Translations under genes and position numbers: made by a program
Shown: positions 51,484 to 64,000 of the stretch, piece after piece
Layout of the letters: each line of letters starts with the position of its first letter
Numbering within the stretch: the stretch's first letter is position 1
Source of the DNA: the human T2T-CHM13v2.0 reference genome, Homo sapiens
Reading direction: 5' to 3' (one strand)
Length of the DNA: 64,000 nucleotides
Assembly: GCF_009914755.1 (NCBI RefSeq)
Contig: NC_060948.1
Notes under the pieces: generated by a model
Told to the model about the DNA's origin: nothing
The model's database searches: none
The model's input: the letters and a program-made list of their open reading frames with translations, nothing else

Positions 51484-52869
51484 CCTGATTGAATTTCTAA
51501 TTGAATAAAAAAGTCCATCTTGCAAAACCTTATTTTCTACATCATATTTTTGATGAGTTTCTTTATATGTCTCATAATTCAAGAAAAATAATATAATTTT
51601 AATGTATTATACTTGGAAATTAATTTATTTTTATTAATATGTAACTAAAATAGTAGGTATATTTAGAATGTTATTTTGCTTTGGTGTAAAGTTCTGAAGT
51701 TTTAGAAATTTCTGTAAAAATCTAATTTGGATAATTAGTTACATTAGTTGATTGCACTCAGTTTTTTTTCCTCAGGATTTTCTTTTGTAAGAAAATTCAA
51801 AATTGTTTCAAGATACATTGAGATGTTTAATTATGTGAAATAGACTTAAAGGTATTTTCTTTGAAAATAAAGTTTTTATAACCTGTCTTTTCTACTAATA
51901 ATATGTGATTACTTCTTCTAACTTACTAGAAATTAATTCGTTTTCATCTTGCCTTCATCTAAAGTTCACCTGCAATACATAAGAAGTGAATAACTGCTAG
52001 CAGAGAAGGCTGTTCTTGTCTGTAACTGACCCACTACCATCAACCCTGGTTTTGAGCTGCTTGCAGCACCAGCTATTGGCTGTGTAAAAAATCTCACAAT
52101 GATGCTAGACTGTTTGACTGAAACATATTACAAAGACAAAGCAATAACTAGTGAATATTTTAAATTATAAAGCAGTTTTTGTTCATTAATCACACTTTAG
52201 TTTAAAATTCTATTATTTCATTTGCAAAAATTAACTTATGGGTTTTTTCTTTTTGATTAACTAGTTTACCATTTTGTAGCCATCAGGTATATAATTAAAA
52301 CCATGTAAGTAAGAGAACATTATTTTTCAAAATAAGCATGTATTTCTTAACTTCTCTCCTATAGCTGGTTTTGGTAATTTACCACAGTGGGTTTTATTTA
52401 GTTGTATGTGAAAAAAAAATACTAACCCTTTAGAATAACAAGAAGCCAAATTTAATGCTACAAAAACTTTATATTTAAACTGTATGCATTAAAAAGATTT
52501 TCATAACCCAAACTTTGAAGTTGTTTCATGGTATTTTAGTTATATTATAAGAGAGGTATTGTTTTAAAAATCATAATGTGAGAAGAGAACATTTGAGTGC
52601 ATTTTATTACTTTTAAATGTCCATATTAGTTAAGCAAAATAGGTAGCAATGTTGAAATCTTACACAAAACTGAAACTCAGACTGGGAGCCAATGTAAGTA
52701 AATTAACAAGTAATAACATGAAATTTAGTTGATTTCAAGAGAAATCTGAGGGTTAAGTACATAATTAACAACAGCATTCTGTACAGATATTTAATTGGAA
52801 AATGTGAAATTATATTTATGTTTTTCTCTGTGTGAGTATATTTTTTAGTACATTGTAGGAGTTTCTAGC

Positions 52870-53379
52870 TAAACTCATTACTTAAAAGGTCAGATCATTC
52901 TGTGTCCTGTGGGATCTATGTAGAGAGAAGAGTTTCCTTTTTGAAAACACTTTTTTTTTTTTGTTAATTTGTTTAACTATTGTATTGGAATAGTAAATTT
53001 GTATTTTCAAAAGAGATTTTTTAAAATAAACAGTATTGTTGTTAAACTAGCCAATGTTTTCTTGTGATTAATATATATTTTCAAATATACAAGAGGACAT
53101 GCACTAAAAACTATTATCTTGCCACCAATATTATATTTCTGGTACAGAGATTTTCTTTGAGATATATGCACATCTTCATACAATTAGCTATTTTTTTTTC
53201 TTACAGAAATGATCATATTTCTGATCAAAGTAAAAAAATCTTTTGAAAATATATATTTACTATTCTAATACAATAGTTAAACAAATTAACAAAAAAAAGT
53301 GTTTTCAAAAAGGAAACTCTTCTCTCTACATAGATCCCACAGGACACAGAATGATCTGACTTTTTAAGTAATGAGTTTA
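52870..53379. repeat. Inverted repeat with ~150-bp arms (52870-53022 / 53232-53379) and ~210-bp spacer
   Basis: Left arm TAAACTCATTACTTAAAAGGTCAGATCATTCTGTGTCCTGTGGGATCTATGTAGAGAGAAGAGTTTCC...; right arm reads ...GGAAACTCTTCTCTCTACATAGATCCCACAGGACACAGAATGATCTGACTTTTTAAGTAATGAGTTTA, its reverse complement. Confidence 0.95.
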
Positions 53380-56300
53380 TATACAATATGGTTAACCTTG
53401 TTTTGTACTTAGTCACACGCCTGTCAATACAACAAGATCTATTTAATTCTGTTTTGTAGCTACATAACTTGCAGTTCAATGTGCTCTAATTTATGTAATC
53501 CATCTCTAAGTTGGATTTATGTGTAAGTCATATTCAGTTTTACAAAAAGTAGCATTTACAATTTTCACAGGTATTTTAAAGACAACTTCTAATTGACTTC
53601 TTCTCACAATAAAACTATGAACATAGATAAAACAATTATCACTATTAGCTGAGGAAGAAAGTGATATTTATGTGAAGATTATAGTTTTTATGAGTCAGAA
53701 CAATAATGTAAATGTAGTGCTCAATTAAAACTGAGAAAACTCTAAAGTTCTATTTATGTAAAGATCTGATTAAAATGTATTGAATACATTTAAGTGCAAA
53801 AGTTTTTTAATATGTAAATTTGTAATGATTAATGCTAAGTCTGTGTAACACATTAGAATTTAATATTATACCATCATGCATGACCTTTTCTAAGAAAATT
53901 GTTACAGAAGCAATGTCATTAAAAATGTGGACTTAAGAAGTCTGTGGTTAATAATTCTGTGATCCAGCAACTATACATAATCCCAGTCATCAGAAACAGT
54001 ATTTCTACAATTGAAAACACAGTTAGTGATGAACTCGATGATCGTTCAAAGATGAGAAACAAAATTGTGAAGTAAGTTTTAATTATCATTTTTTGAATAT
54101 TCTCATAGTAGATACTGTTGTTCTTCCTCAAATTAGTATAGTTTCATGAGGTTTTATCAGGACTGCATTTTGATGATATGGCTATAATATCTGAGATACT
54201 ATGACTGGCATATTTATTGTGATCACTATCTAGTAAGTTGAAATTTTAGTTAATAATATTTATCAATGTTTTTTGTTGTTTTCAAAGCATGGTTGATATA
54301 ATCACATTTGCACAACATGGTAAATGCAATTCATTCTTTGGATAATGAGAAATTTTTGTTTTTAATAATTATATTTTCATCTTGTTTTATAAAGTAGGCT
54401 TTTTTACTGTTCTATCTGTGTTATATAAGTTGTGCTTATTTTTAGGATTCTCTAAATATTTTTCTCAAATTAGGGTTTTTTCTGCTAAGGAAAAAAATTG
54501 ATTTTCAGATAATGCTACATGGACCTGTTAGCAACATGACGTAACTATTACAATCAGGCTGCTAAGGGTATAAATCATCTGGTTGAAAATAAAAAGTATC
54601 TGGTTGAAAATAAAGCAGCAAAAATATTAGGTTTTAGTGGCAGATTACATATTTAAGATATAGCTATTAAATAAGTGAATACCAAAAACTTGAATTTTGG
54701 AAATGTTTGTACTCAAGTAGTTCCTTTACTTTTTGCATAGGTATTGATAGAAACTAAATAAAGAAATTAGAATATTTTAATTGTAATAAATCTTAAATTT
54801 CTACATTTCTCTTCCTCAGTGATCAGAAATAGTTTGGTTTTCAAATAGCATCTCAGCATTTATCATTTATGGAGATTAAAAACACACTTGCCTCTCCCTT
54901 TCTAGATCTGATAGATCACACCACGCAGGCATTAAAACCTTGGTAGCATTTCTTTTAGTAGAATGTCCATATGGGACGTTCGCTAACACTTGGTTAATAG
55001 TCACTAATAAACAACAACAACAACAAAAAGTAAAATTTAGTTCCTTGTACTGTAATCAGTTTTACCCCTAGGGTTTTGAATTTAAAACAGATAGAGATGG
55101 TTAATTACACTGGCAAGAAGTGAATGAGGCAGACAGAATATAAAATTCAAATTAAATCCCCACCTTTGTGCTTCATTGCTTGTGCTTTATGATGTCTTAG
55201 CGCTTTACTGTGGCTGCATGTCTGCCTAGCTGCTTTTTCTATACAATGAACTTCATCAGGGCACAAACTGGATATTGTTCATTATTGTATCAAAAACCTC
55301 AGATGTAGAGAAAAACATACAGAAACATGAGAGATATGTGTAAAACAACTGTATTTTGCTCTGTAGCTATAAGGAAATTATGACCTTTGGCGTTCCTGTG
55401 TGTGCTCTCATTCCTTCCACAACTACTCTTAATAGCTGTACTTATTGTGCAGTAATAATTCCAAATACATCACATAAATTATATCATGAAATCTGTAAAA
55501 ATGCATTAAAATCACAAGAAGACACTGAATTCTAGGAGAACAAAGTATCTTATTCCTCATATGGCAGAGCACTGATTTGTTTTTAATCTGTCTACTCAAC
55601 AACACTGTAGTATATTTTATTACCTGCAATATATGCTATTGTTTTATTATTGCTAAGGATAATTTTTCTGTGATCTCTTTCTGATGGTCCCCCTGTGAAA
55701 TAATCACTAATCCTAAACATTAAAAACAATAAGTTCTTTGAAAATAATATTAAAACATGCATATCATCTTATTAACTAAGTTTTGGTATTTATTTCAACT
55801 TCTTTTATTATATTTTAACGTTAGATTAGTGCATCACCAATGTATTTTGGTTTCTATAGCAATGCTCATCTCCAAAATGATGTACGTAGTTAACGTCATA
55901 AATTTAAAGATGAGCCCACATTAAACAAGATAGAAGATAGGAAAGAGAACAATATTCGTGTCCAAAGACACCTTCAAGCCTCTTTTACATTTAGTTGCCT
56001 TCTGACTAAAATACTATGTACTGAAAATTTTTTGGAAACACTTCAGGTAAATTATGGGTGATTTATCAATTTAATTTTGATAAAATCGTCTGTACATTAA
56101 ATTTTTTAAATAGATCTTTAAAATACATAGTTTATTTGGCATGTAATATTTAAAAAATAGTAATATCCTAGCTGCATTTCTTGATCATTTTTATTATTGT
56201 CATACTAATAGAAAAAGGTTAAAATTGTCACAGCAAAGACAGGCCACTGTATTCTTTCATCTCTTAAGGTATAATTGACTTCTTATAGGAAGATTTGTAA

Positions 56301-56969
56301 TCTATATAATCAAAATATTAAAATGAAGTCATCTCCTTGATTTAACAGTTCTCAAATGAAGCAAATGTCAAGTACATTTTTTAAGTGTACAGATATTTTA
56401 ATACATCCCTAAAGTTTTTTCAAAAATATATGACCAGGGTACTGTTATCACACATAATACAAATTATTTTACAACCTTGGGCAACGTAGAAAACCCTGCC
56501 TCTATGAAAACAAAACAAAAATTATTCAGGTGTGGATATATGAGCCTGTAGTATCAGCTACTTGGAAAGATAAAATACCATTTATTTGACTAACTTTGAT
56601 ATTTGATTACACTTTCCTCATTATACTGTTCAATTTAGACTAGCACATCAATGATGTCTTTTAGTTTCTAGAGTAATGTTTATGCCTGAGATTATGTATA
56701 ATAATCACCTCAGAAATCCATATTACTCATCATCAAATAAGCATTTTTATTATCAAATAAACCTTTTAATCACTGACAAAAAAGTACTGCTTCCTAGTCC
56801 TGCAAGATAAAATATATATGATATACTTTTATATAAATATATAATCTATAACTTCATGTAATATACACATAATTTTTGCAAGCCTGAATGTAATCTCATA
56901 GATTTTGAGCCTCTTACAAAAGTGACCAATAACACTTGGTCCGTGTTTAGATTTGAAAAATCTCAACTA

Positions 56970-57215
56970 GGCCAGGCCCTGTCACTCACATGGATAGCCT
57001 TAGCACTTTGGGAAGCCAAGGGAGTCAGATTACTTGATTTCAGGAGTTCAAAACCAGCCTGTGCAACATGGTGATATCCCATCTCTACTAAGATGCAATA
57101 AATTAGCTGAGTGTAATTGTCTGCACTAGTCCCATCTACCCGGGACACTAAGGCGAAAACATCACCTGAGCTGTAACCGTGTTGCTGCATTGCAGACTGA
57201 GTAATGAAGAGAAGC
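56970..57215 (+). mobile_element. Degenerate Alu followed by a (CA)-rich tail
   Basis: GGCCAGGC..AGCACTTTGGGAAGCCAAGG..CAGGAGTTCAAAACCAGCCTG. Confidence 0.8.
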
Positions 57216-57769
57216 TGTGCCACACAAACACACACAACCACACATGCACACAAAACCACACACACACACAGAGAAAGAGTTTAGTGTTCTTTCAAGAAGG
57301 TATTTCTTAGATAGCTCAGAGGTAGGAAGAAAAAGGGATCTTCTGATTTCTGGGCTGTCTTCTGTTTTACTCACAGTAGTTCCCTTTCTATGTATTAGCA
57401 TATCACTTAGATTTCCTTTAAAAGTCTTTAGTGCACGTGTAATTAACTGACTGCCCATTATAGCTTTCAGTAAAAGTTTCCAAATTTCATAGCTAAACTG
57501 TAAACCTAGGTTATAAATATGATTTGCATATATAATTCTAATTTACATATTTCAATTCTTTATCTGCACACGTCCCTCACTCTCATTTTTTCTTGTGTCA
57601 ACAATTTATTTTCATTAGCTTTCTCTACTCAAAACATTTCTTTTTCTGCAATCTAGTCAACATTTCTGTTCTTGTTCTCTCAAATTATTATAACTCTTTG
57701 AGCTTCTGTCTTCAAAACTTTCACTCAATAATTTATGTGTGCATGCATCTATATGTGATCATCTGCTAT

Positions 57770-58268
57770 CACTTGGCACCAGGGCCTGTTTTTGTGAAAG
57801 ACAAGATTTTCATCAACTGGGGTTGTGGAGACAGTTTTTGGAAGATTTGAGTACCCTCCATTGATTTTGCGCTTTATTTGTCTTATTATTACATTATAAT
57901 ATTTAACAAAATAATTATACATCTCACCATAATGTAGACTCAGTGGGAGCCCTAAACTTATTTTCCTGTAGCTAGATGGTTCTATCTGTGGGTGATGGGA
58001 GACTGTTGCAGGTGATCAGTTGTTTTGATTCTTATAAAGAGTGCAAAACGTAAATTTCTCTCAAGTGCAGTAAATAGTAGTTCCCTCGCTTCTATAAAAA
58101 TCGGATGCTGCCACTGATCTTCAGAAAGCGGATCTCAGGCAGTACTGTGAACCATACTTAGTGTTTTAAATAGAGATAAGGTTTCCATGCTTGGCCACCA
58201 CTCACCTGTTGATGTGTAGCCCCAGTTCATAACAAGACGCAGATGGATACTGATTAGGGAAACCCCAG
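57770..58268 (+). mobile_element. MER1-like hAT-Charlie DNA transposon remnant
   Basis: TTGGCACCAGGG..TTTGTGAAAGACAA..TATTATTACATT..CTCACCATAATGTAGA.TCAGTGGGAGCCCT..GATGCTGCCACTGATCT. Confidence 0.75.
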
Positions 58269-59284
58269 CTCAAGCCAAAGAGTTTGAGACCACAGTGAAC
58301 TGGAATTGTGCCACTGCATTTTAGCTTCAGTGACAAAGAACCTGTCTTCACAAATAAAAGTAAAAAATACATTTTATAATTTGTATTTTAAATAATATCT
58401 TTTGATACAAATGTGAGAAATCTTTTACAACTTTAAATGTGGACATGAACAGTCTTCAAAATCTTCTTCATTCTTTGGAACAGTGTATCAAATTGAATGT
58501 GCAAATGCACATCATTGTAAAATGTGATAAAAAGTTTGTTTTGTTCAGTTTTGAAAAAAATAATTATCTCATTGAAAACAACCAGAAGACAATTAGAAGT
58601 GTTTGTGCTCATCCACAAAATTAACTTCTGCTTTCTCTTTAGTATTTGCACGGTATCAGAGAGGTAGTCAAGATGATAACTGGCTTAAAGGAGAATGTTA
58701 TTGACAAAATCGAATGACTGACTAGGAAAAAAAAAGTTATTCTCATTAGGTGAATAATTTGAGATGTAAAATAATCTCCCAGATTGTTTTCATCTCTACT
58801 CTAAAATAAATTGCATTTTAATGATTGAATCTTGAAGAGTTGGTAGAAGAAAGCATTATTCTTTTTCTACTATAAAAATCTCTTGAAGCAAAAATGTTCC
58901 TTCATTTTATGGGCTTCCAACAGATTTTAACGACCACTTGTAGTTTCACAAACAGGTCTCTTTCTTTAGGCCTAACCAGCTAATTTTATTTCTTCGCAAT
59001 TTGACTAGGATATATAATGGTAAAATGTCTTTGAAGATATTATATATTAAATGACAGGTATGTCTTTCTTGACCTTCATAACATCTCACCTCCAAGCTGT
59101 CTGCATTATCTTGCACTTAGCTGCCATTTAAATTGTGGTTTATTTTTAACAGCATACTGCCTGCTATTTTCACCTCTGAGACTTGGAACAATTTCTTTTC
59201 ACCCTGCCTGCCACTCTTAATTCACACCGTTTAAAGTATTATGTATAGGTTTTACCTTTTTATAAGACAGAGAGTCCAGCTTTG

Positions 59285-59480
59285 CCAACAGGGTGAAGCC
59301 CCATCTCTACTAAAAATATGAAAATTAGCCAGGTGTGGCGGCAGATGCCTGTAATACTAGCTACTGGGGAGGCTGGGACAGGTGAATCGCTTGAATCTGG
59401 GAGGTCTAGGTTGCAGTGAGCCTAGATCCTGCCATTGCACTGCATTCTAGGTGAAGAGAGTGAAACTGTCACACAAAAAG
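59285..59480 (+). mobile_element. 5'-truncated Alu
   Basis: GGTGAAGCCCCATCTCTACTAAAAATA..GAATCGCTTGAATCTGGGAGG..GTTGCAGTGAGC. Confidence 0.85.
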
Positions 59481-59894
59481 AAAGGACAGTGAGGATTAAA
59501 TTTATTAATATGTGTGCAGCTCTTAGTGTATTACCTTGACTTTAAGCACTATAAGTATTAACTGCTATCATTATTGCTTACTTTGTATCTTCAGTTTGCT
59601 CACACCAAATTCTGCTTAATTGCATAAAAGAAAATATTAGAGAAGTAACACAGATAGTAGTGGCTATATGGAACCACATAGCCATCACTCTCTGTGTCAG
59701 TAATGTTTTCTGATTTGCAACAAATAAGAGACCTTTTGCATATAAAGGTTCTGCAAACAGATTTCCCTAGACATATATTAAAGTGTTTGAAAACAAAAAC
59801 AAAAAAATCAATACTATGGTAAAATGTAACAAATTTAAAGTCATTAGAGTAAAATATCTGTCTACATAGCATTTACATTTTATTAATTATTTAT

Positions 59895-60045
59895 GTAGAG
59901 ATAAAGTAAACTACACAGGAGGATGGGTGTGCATTATACTTACCTACTGCATCATTATAAAGCAGAAGCTTGAGCAGACATACATTTTGGTATTTGAGAT
60001 GTTTCTGGAGCCAATCCCCTACAGATACCAAAGGATTGCTATATA
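59895..60045 (+). mobile_element. MER2/Tigger terminal fragment
   Basis: TTGAGCA..ATTTTGGTAT..CTGGAGCCAATCCCCTACAGATACCAAAGGA. Confidence 0.6.
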
Positions 60046-61599
60046 TAAATATGTTAAGCTTTGATAAGAAAGTATTGCTTAAGTTAGTTATGGCATAATT
60101 ACCATGATGATGTTAATGATTATTTACTTACCTTTTTATAAATAAATTAAAAAGATTATAAGCTTTAAAATTATCATTACATTGTTTTTGATATTTGCTG
60201 GGGAAATGAGAACATTTGTACATGGGGACACATTCTCTGTTTATGGTATGGTAACACAATTAAGCACTTGCTATTTAAATAATTTCCTTTTTTTGTTTTG
60301 TTTTGCAATTACCTATGCTCCTGTCACCAATCTAGTAAGTGTGTGTGTCAGGGAGAAAATTACATTTATTTCTGGGATTGAGGACATTATTTTCTTGTTT
60401 ATTTAAATCATGCTGAAGGGATGAGATTTTTGCAGCTGACACTGTGTAAGTTAGCAGTGTATATTTGATTTTCAATGGATACATTTCTCAGACTGGGAAG
60501 GAAGCACTTTTGGTCAGATTTTTTGTTGGTTGCTAGGAGACCAAAATCCTCTTGTGATGTCATTGCTACTCACCTTGGGAACATCGTGATGGTCTAGATT
60601 TCTTTACCTGCCTAGGCCTTCTGAAGCAGCATTTGAAGCCACAGTCTTGAAAACCATGCAGGCTGGAAGAGTAGCTAAAGAAATGTTTATTTGAGATGGC
60701 ACATGTTTCTTCAGAAATTCAAGATGTTTCTCCCAAAGATTAGTTAACTGGTTCAGAAGCCTCCAGTAGGTCTCCGTTGCGACAGAATTTTCAAAGATCT
60801 GCCTTTCTAGCCACCTTTCTGGCAGAAGAGAAAGAATCCGATGCCTTAAGCAAAGCATTTAACATATTTCAGTTACCACTCTATGTAAAGTATGTATGTA
60901 ATTTTACTTTGAACATCAGTAAATATGTTAATACATGCAACAAGACCAGATGTTGAAAATTATATAAAATATTAAGGTAGAAATTATTTATTTTTTTGAA
61001 ATTATTGAGTTCAGCTTGAGCATCAACCTTTCAGAGTTTTCAGAAATGTTGCTAAAACTTTGAATCTTACCAGTGAACTCCAAATAAATGTATCAAAGCC
61101 ACTTAATGTAATGTTGCTATTAATATATAACATGTTTTCACCTGAGGGCTTAACAATTTGAGTGCTTTTTTTTCCCAACAAGCACTTTCTTAAAAATAGC
61201 AAATAATGTTCATGAATTATTTGATGTCATTAAGTTTGTGTGACGAAAGAGAAATCTGATATTTTATGTGTTATGTTTGTTATTGTCACTTGTCTCCCGG
61301 TTTAAAATGGCACTGAATTACCTTTTTCTTTGGTTTTAGTTAAAGTTTTATTATAATCCAAATTTCAAACGTGGCTGTCCCCAGCATTTAGTAAGGGTGA
61401 AAAGAAGAATTGGTGTTAAAAATGCTTCACTTATACCTACTTTATTCAATGAAGATTTCAACAAGAAGCATTTTAGATCAGGAGCTAACATTAACAGTAC
61501 ACACTTTTGATCTTACATTAAAGGATTCCAACATGTTTGTGCCTTTCATTACCTCCTGTTAGAGTCCATGTTTCATGTTTTCTAATGCACATTTCCTTG

Positions 61600-61890
61600 C
61601 TTCTTTTTTTCTTTGAGATAGTCTTACTGTGTTACCCTGGCTGGAGAGCAGTGGCATTATTTCAGCTCACTGCAACCTCAGCCTCTGGGTTCAAGTAATT
61701 ACTGTGCCTCAAACTTTTGAGTAGGTAAAATTATATATGCCCACCAAGCTGGGCTAATTTTTGTATTTTTCGTAGAAACGGAGTTTCACCAAATTGGCCA
61801 GGATGGTCTTGAATTCCTGGCCTCACGTGATCCACCCACCCTGGCCCCTAAAAGTGCTGGAATTACAAGGTTGAGCCACCAAACCCCTCC
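61600..61890 (-). mobile_element. Alu (S/J-like)
   Basis: TTTGAGATAGTCTT..CAGCTCACTGCAACCTC..GTGATCCACCCACCCTGGCC..GAGCCACC. Confidence 0.88.
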
Positions 61891-62325
61891 TCTAATACAG
61901 ATGTTCATCACATTGGTTTCATCTATACAAAGTCAGATTTCATGGCTTTTGTCAGGATTTGATACCTTTTAGATTCTGAATCCATATCCTCAGCATGGCT
62001 GAACAAATCCCTTCCAGACCTAATATTTATTTTCCTGTCAGCTTCATGTCTTTCTGTTTCACCACAGTCCAGTTGGAGCAACATCTGGACAACTCCACTT
62101 TCAGCCATGCCCTTTCCTATCTTGTAACTTGGGCCCCATTTTTTCTTGGAGATAAATGCTCTCTCCCGATTTGCCTACTTAAGACTCCTACAACACAGAC
62201 ATCACTCCTTCCAGAAGGTGCTTCTTATCTGTCACATTAGTTTTCTTGTCTGTCTGTCTGTGTCTCCTGGACACCCAGCACTGATGTCACACAGTACCTA
62301 ATACATATATGTACATTTTTGTATT

Positions 62326-62328
<3 letters not shown>

Positions 62329-62362
<34 letters not shown>
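62329..62362. repeat. (CA)n microsatellite
   Basis: Pure ACACAC run of about 15 units. Confidence 0.9.
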
Positions 62363-62364
<2 letters not shown>

Positions 62365-62599
62365 GTATGTGAATTTGTGAATGTTGACTGTGGACATACA
62401 ACCATAAAATCTATTTTCATTGTCAAAAATGAACATTATTGGTGTTGTGGTATTACTTGTTATTCTTCATTACTCACCACAACTTTTCATAAAAGGGTAG
62501 GTCAGAGTTTTGTTCACTAGAGGTGCAATAATTTTGACTTACTGAGATTAACATCCCTGGTTATCATTTCAACTATCACGCTTTCTTTTTCGGTATAGG

Positions 62600-62975
62600 T
62601 ATGTTTTTTTATATATGTATATATTTGTATATTTTTTGTATATGTATTTTTTATATTTGTATATGTTTTATATTTGTATATTTTTGTTTGTATATTTTTG
62701 TATATTTATTTGTATATGTTTGTTATATTTTACATTTTTGTAAAAAATTTATTTATATATTTATATTTATATATATTGTAAAAAATATTTATATATTTAT
62801 ATATTATATTATTCATATATTATATATTTGTATAATGTGTATATATTATTTACATATTTGTATATTTTATTTTTTTATATTTGTATATTTTTATATTTGT
62901 ATATTTTTTGTATATTTATTTGCATATTTTTCTAAATATATTGTATATATTTTTATATATATTTGTATATTTTAT
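62600..62975. repeat. Low-complexity (TATATT/TGTATATTT)n tract at the 3' end of the adjacent L1
   Basis: About 375 bp of T/A with sparse G, running directly into TTATTATACTTTAAGTTCTAGG. Confidence 0.88.
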
Positions 62976-64000
62976 TATACTTTAAGTTCTAGGTTACATG
63001 TGCACAACGTTCAGTTCTGTTACATATGTATACATGTGCCATGTTGGTGTGTTGCACCTGTTAACTCGTCATTTACATTAGATATATCTCCTAATGCTAT
63101 ACCTCCCCCACCATTCCACAACAGGCCCCAGTGTGTGATGTTCCCTTTCCTGTGTCCAAGTGTTCTCAATGTTCAATTCCCACCTATGAGTGACAACATG
63201 AGGTGTTTGGTTTTTTTGTCCTTGCAATAGTTCCCTGAGAAGGATGATTTCCAGCTTCATCCATGTCCCTACAAAGGACATGAACTCATCACTTTTTATA
63301 GCTGCATAGTATTCCATGGTGTGTATGTGCCACATTTTCTTAATCCAGTCTGTCATTCATGGACATTTTGGGTTGGTTCGAAGTCTTTGCTATTGTGAAC
63401 AGTGCCACAGTGAATACACACGTGTGTGTGTTTTTATAAAAGCATGATTTATAATCCTTTGGGTATATACCCAGTAATGGGATGGCTGGGTGAAATGATA
63501 TTTCTAGTTCTAGATCCTTGAGGAATCACCACACTGTCTTCCACATGGTTGAAGTAGTTTACACTCCCATCAATTATGTAAAACTGTTCCTATTTCTCCA
63601 CATTCTCTTGAGCACCAGTTGTTTCCTGACTTTTTCATGATTGCTATTATAGCTGGTGTGAGATGGTACCTCATTGTGGTTTTGATTTGCATTTCTATGA
63701 TGGCTAGTGATGACAAGCATTTTTTCATGTGTCTGTTGGCTGCATAAATGTCTTGTTTTGAGAAAGTCTCTGTTCATATCCTTCACCCACTTTTGGATGG
63801 GGTTGTTTGTTTTTTCCTTGTAAATTTGTTTGAGTTCTTTGTAGATTTTGGGTATTAGCCCTTTGTCAGATGAGTAGATTGCAAAAATGTTCTGCCAGTC
63901 GTGTAGGTTGCCTATTCGCTTTGCTGGTACTTTTTTTTTTTTTTTTTTTTTTTGGTCTGCAGAAGCTCTTTAGTTTAATTAGGTCTCATTTGTATTTTGG
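62970..64000 (-). mobile_element. L1PA (about PA5-6) 3' portion, continuing beyond the window
   Basis: 3' UTR TATACTTTAAGTTCTAGG..ACATGTGCACAACG and ORF2 C-terminal piece at 63078-63356 (DWIKKMWHIHTMEYYAAIK). Confidence 0.92.

Larger units (their letters stand above)
51930..58534 (+). pseudogene. USP9Y: Unprocessed USP9Y pseudogene fragment (four collinear exons around the USP catalytic domain N-terminal half)
   Basis: 51930-52151: [44 protein letters not shown] (cf. [41 protein letters not shown]). ~53925-54071: NSVIQQLYIIPVIRNSISTIE then GTAAGT. 55858-56046: IEDRKENNIRVQRHLQ..YYVLKIFWKHF then GT. 58404-58534: YKCEKSFTTLNVDMNSLQNLLHSLEQCIK..ANAHHC. Order matches USP9X/Y; stops and frameshifts throughout. 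Confidence 0.9.

Noticed and set aside
60480-60860. Unique-looking segment with an 84-aa minus ORF and faint U1-like words
   Set aside because: No convincing match to snRNA or to further USP9Y exons by eye; it needs a BLAST search.
62601-63230. 209-aa hydrophobic ORF
   Set aside because: Artefact of a low-complexity TA tract running into the antisense L1 3' UTR.

Overview
Primate (most likely human) Y-chromosome ampliconic DNA, not microbial. It reads as the PRY/PRY2 neighbourhood of the AZFb/c palindromes. 1-16.95 kb is a diverged, locally rearranged tandem array with a ~2.4-2.55 kb unit (NORF/SST1-like macrosatellite). An intact spliced PRY ORF can be assembled from the sequence: 25204-25272 + 27848-27963 + 37462-37720 = 444 nt, 147 aa, with GT-AG introns. 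Its probable 5' UTR exons lie inside the satellite at about 14.0-14.3 kb. Downstream are a ~1.3 kb degenerate (TTAGGG)n interstitial telomere-like tract, a 5'-truncated CDY pseudogene (- strand), an intron-containing USP9Y pseudogene fragment (4 collinear exons), and many L1/Alu/LTR/DNA-transposon remnants. The most interesting signals are: (i) satellite units carry a pre-formed 87-nt cassette exon, one of which appears to feed PRY; (ii) the unit just upstream of the inferred PRY start is the most CpG-retaining one examined and the only one with an intact NRF1 palindrome; (iii) a near-perfect ~150-bp-arm inverted repeat sits inside the decayed USP9Y copy; (iv) PRY has frame-shifted N- and C-terminal extensions, the latter built on a hidden ~78-bp repeat. 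Family names come from recall of consensus sequences, not database searches, and repeat boundaries are approximate.
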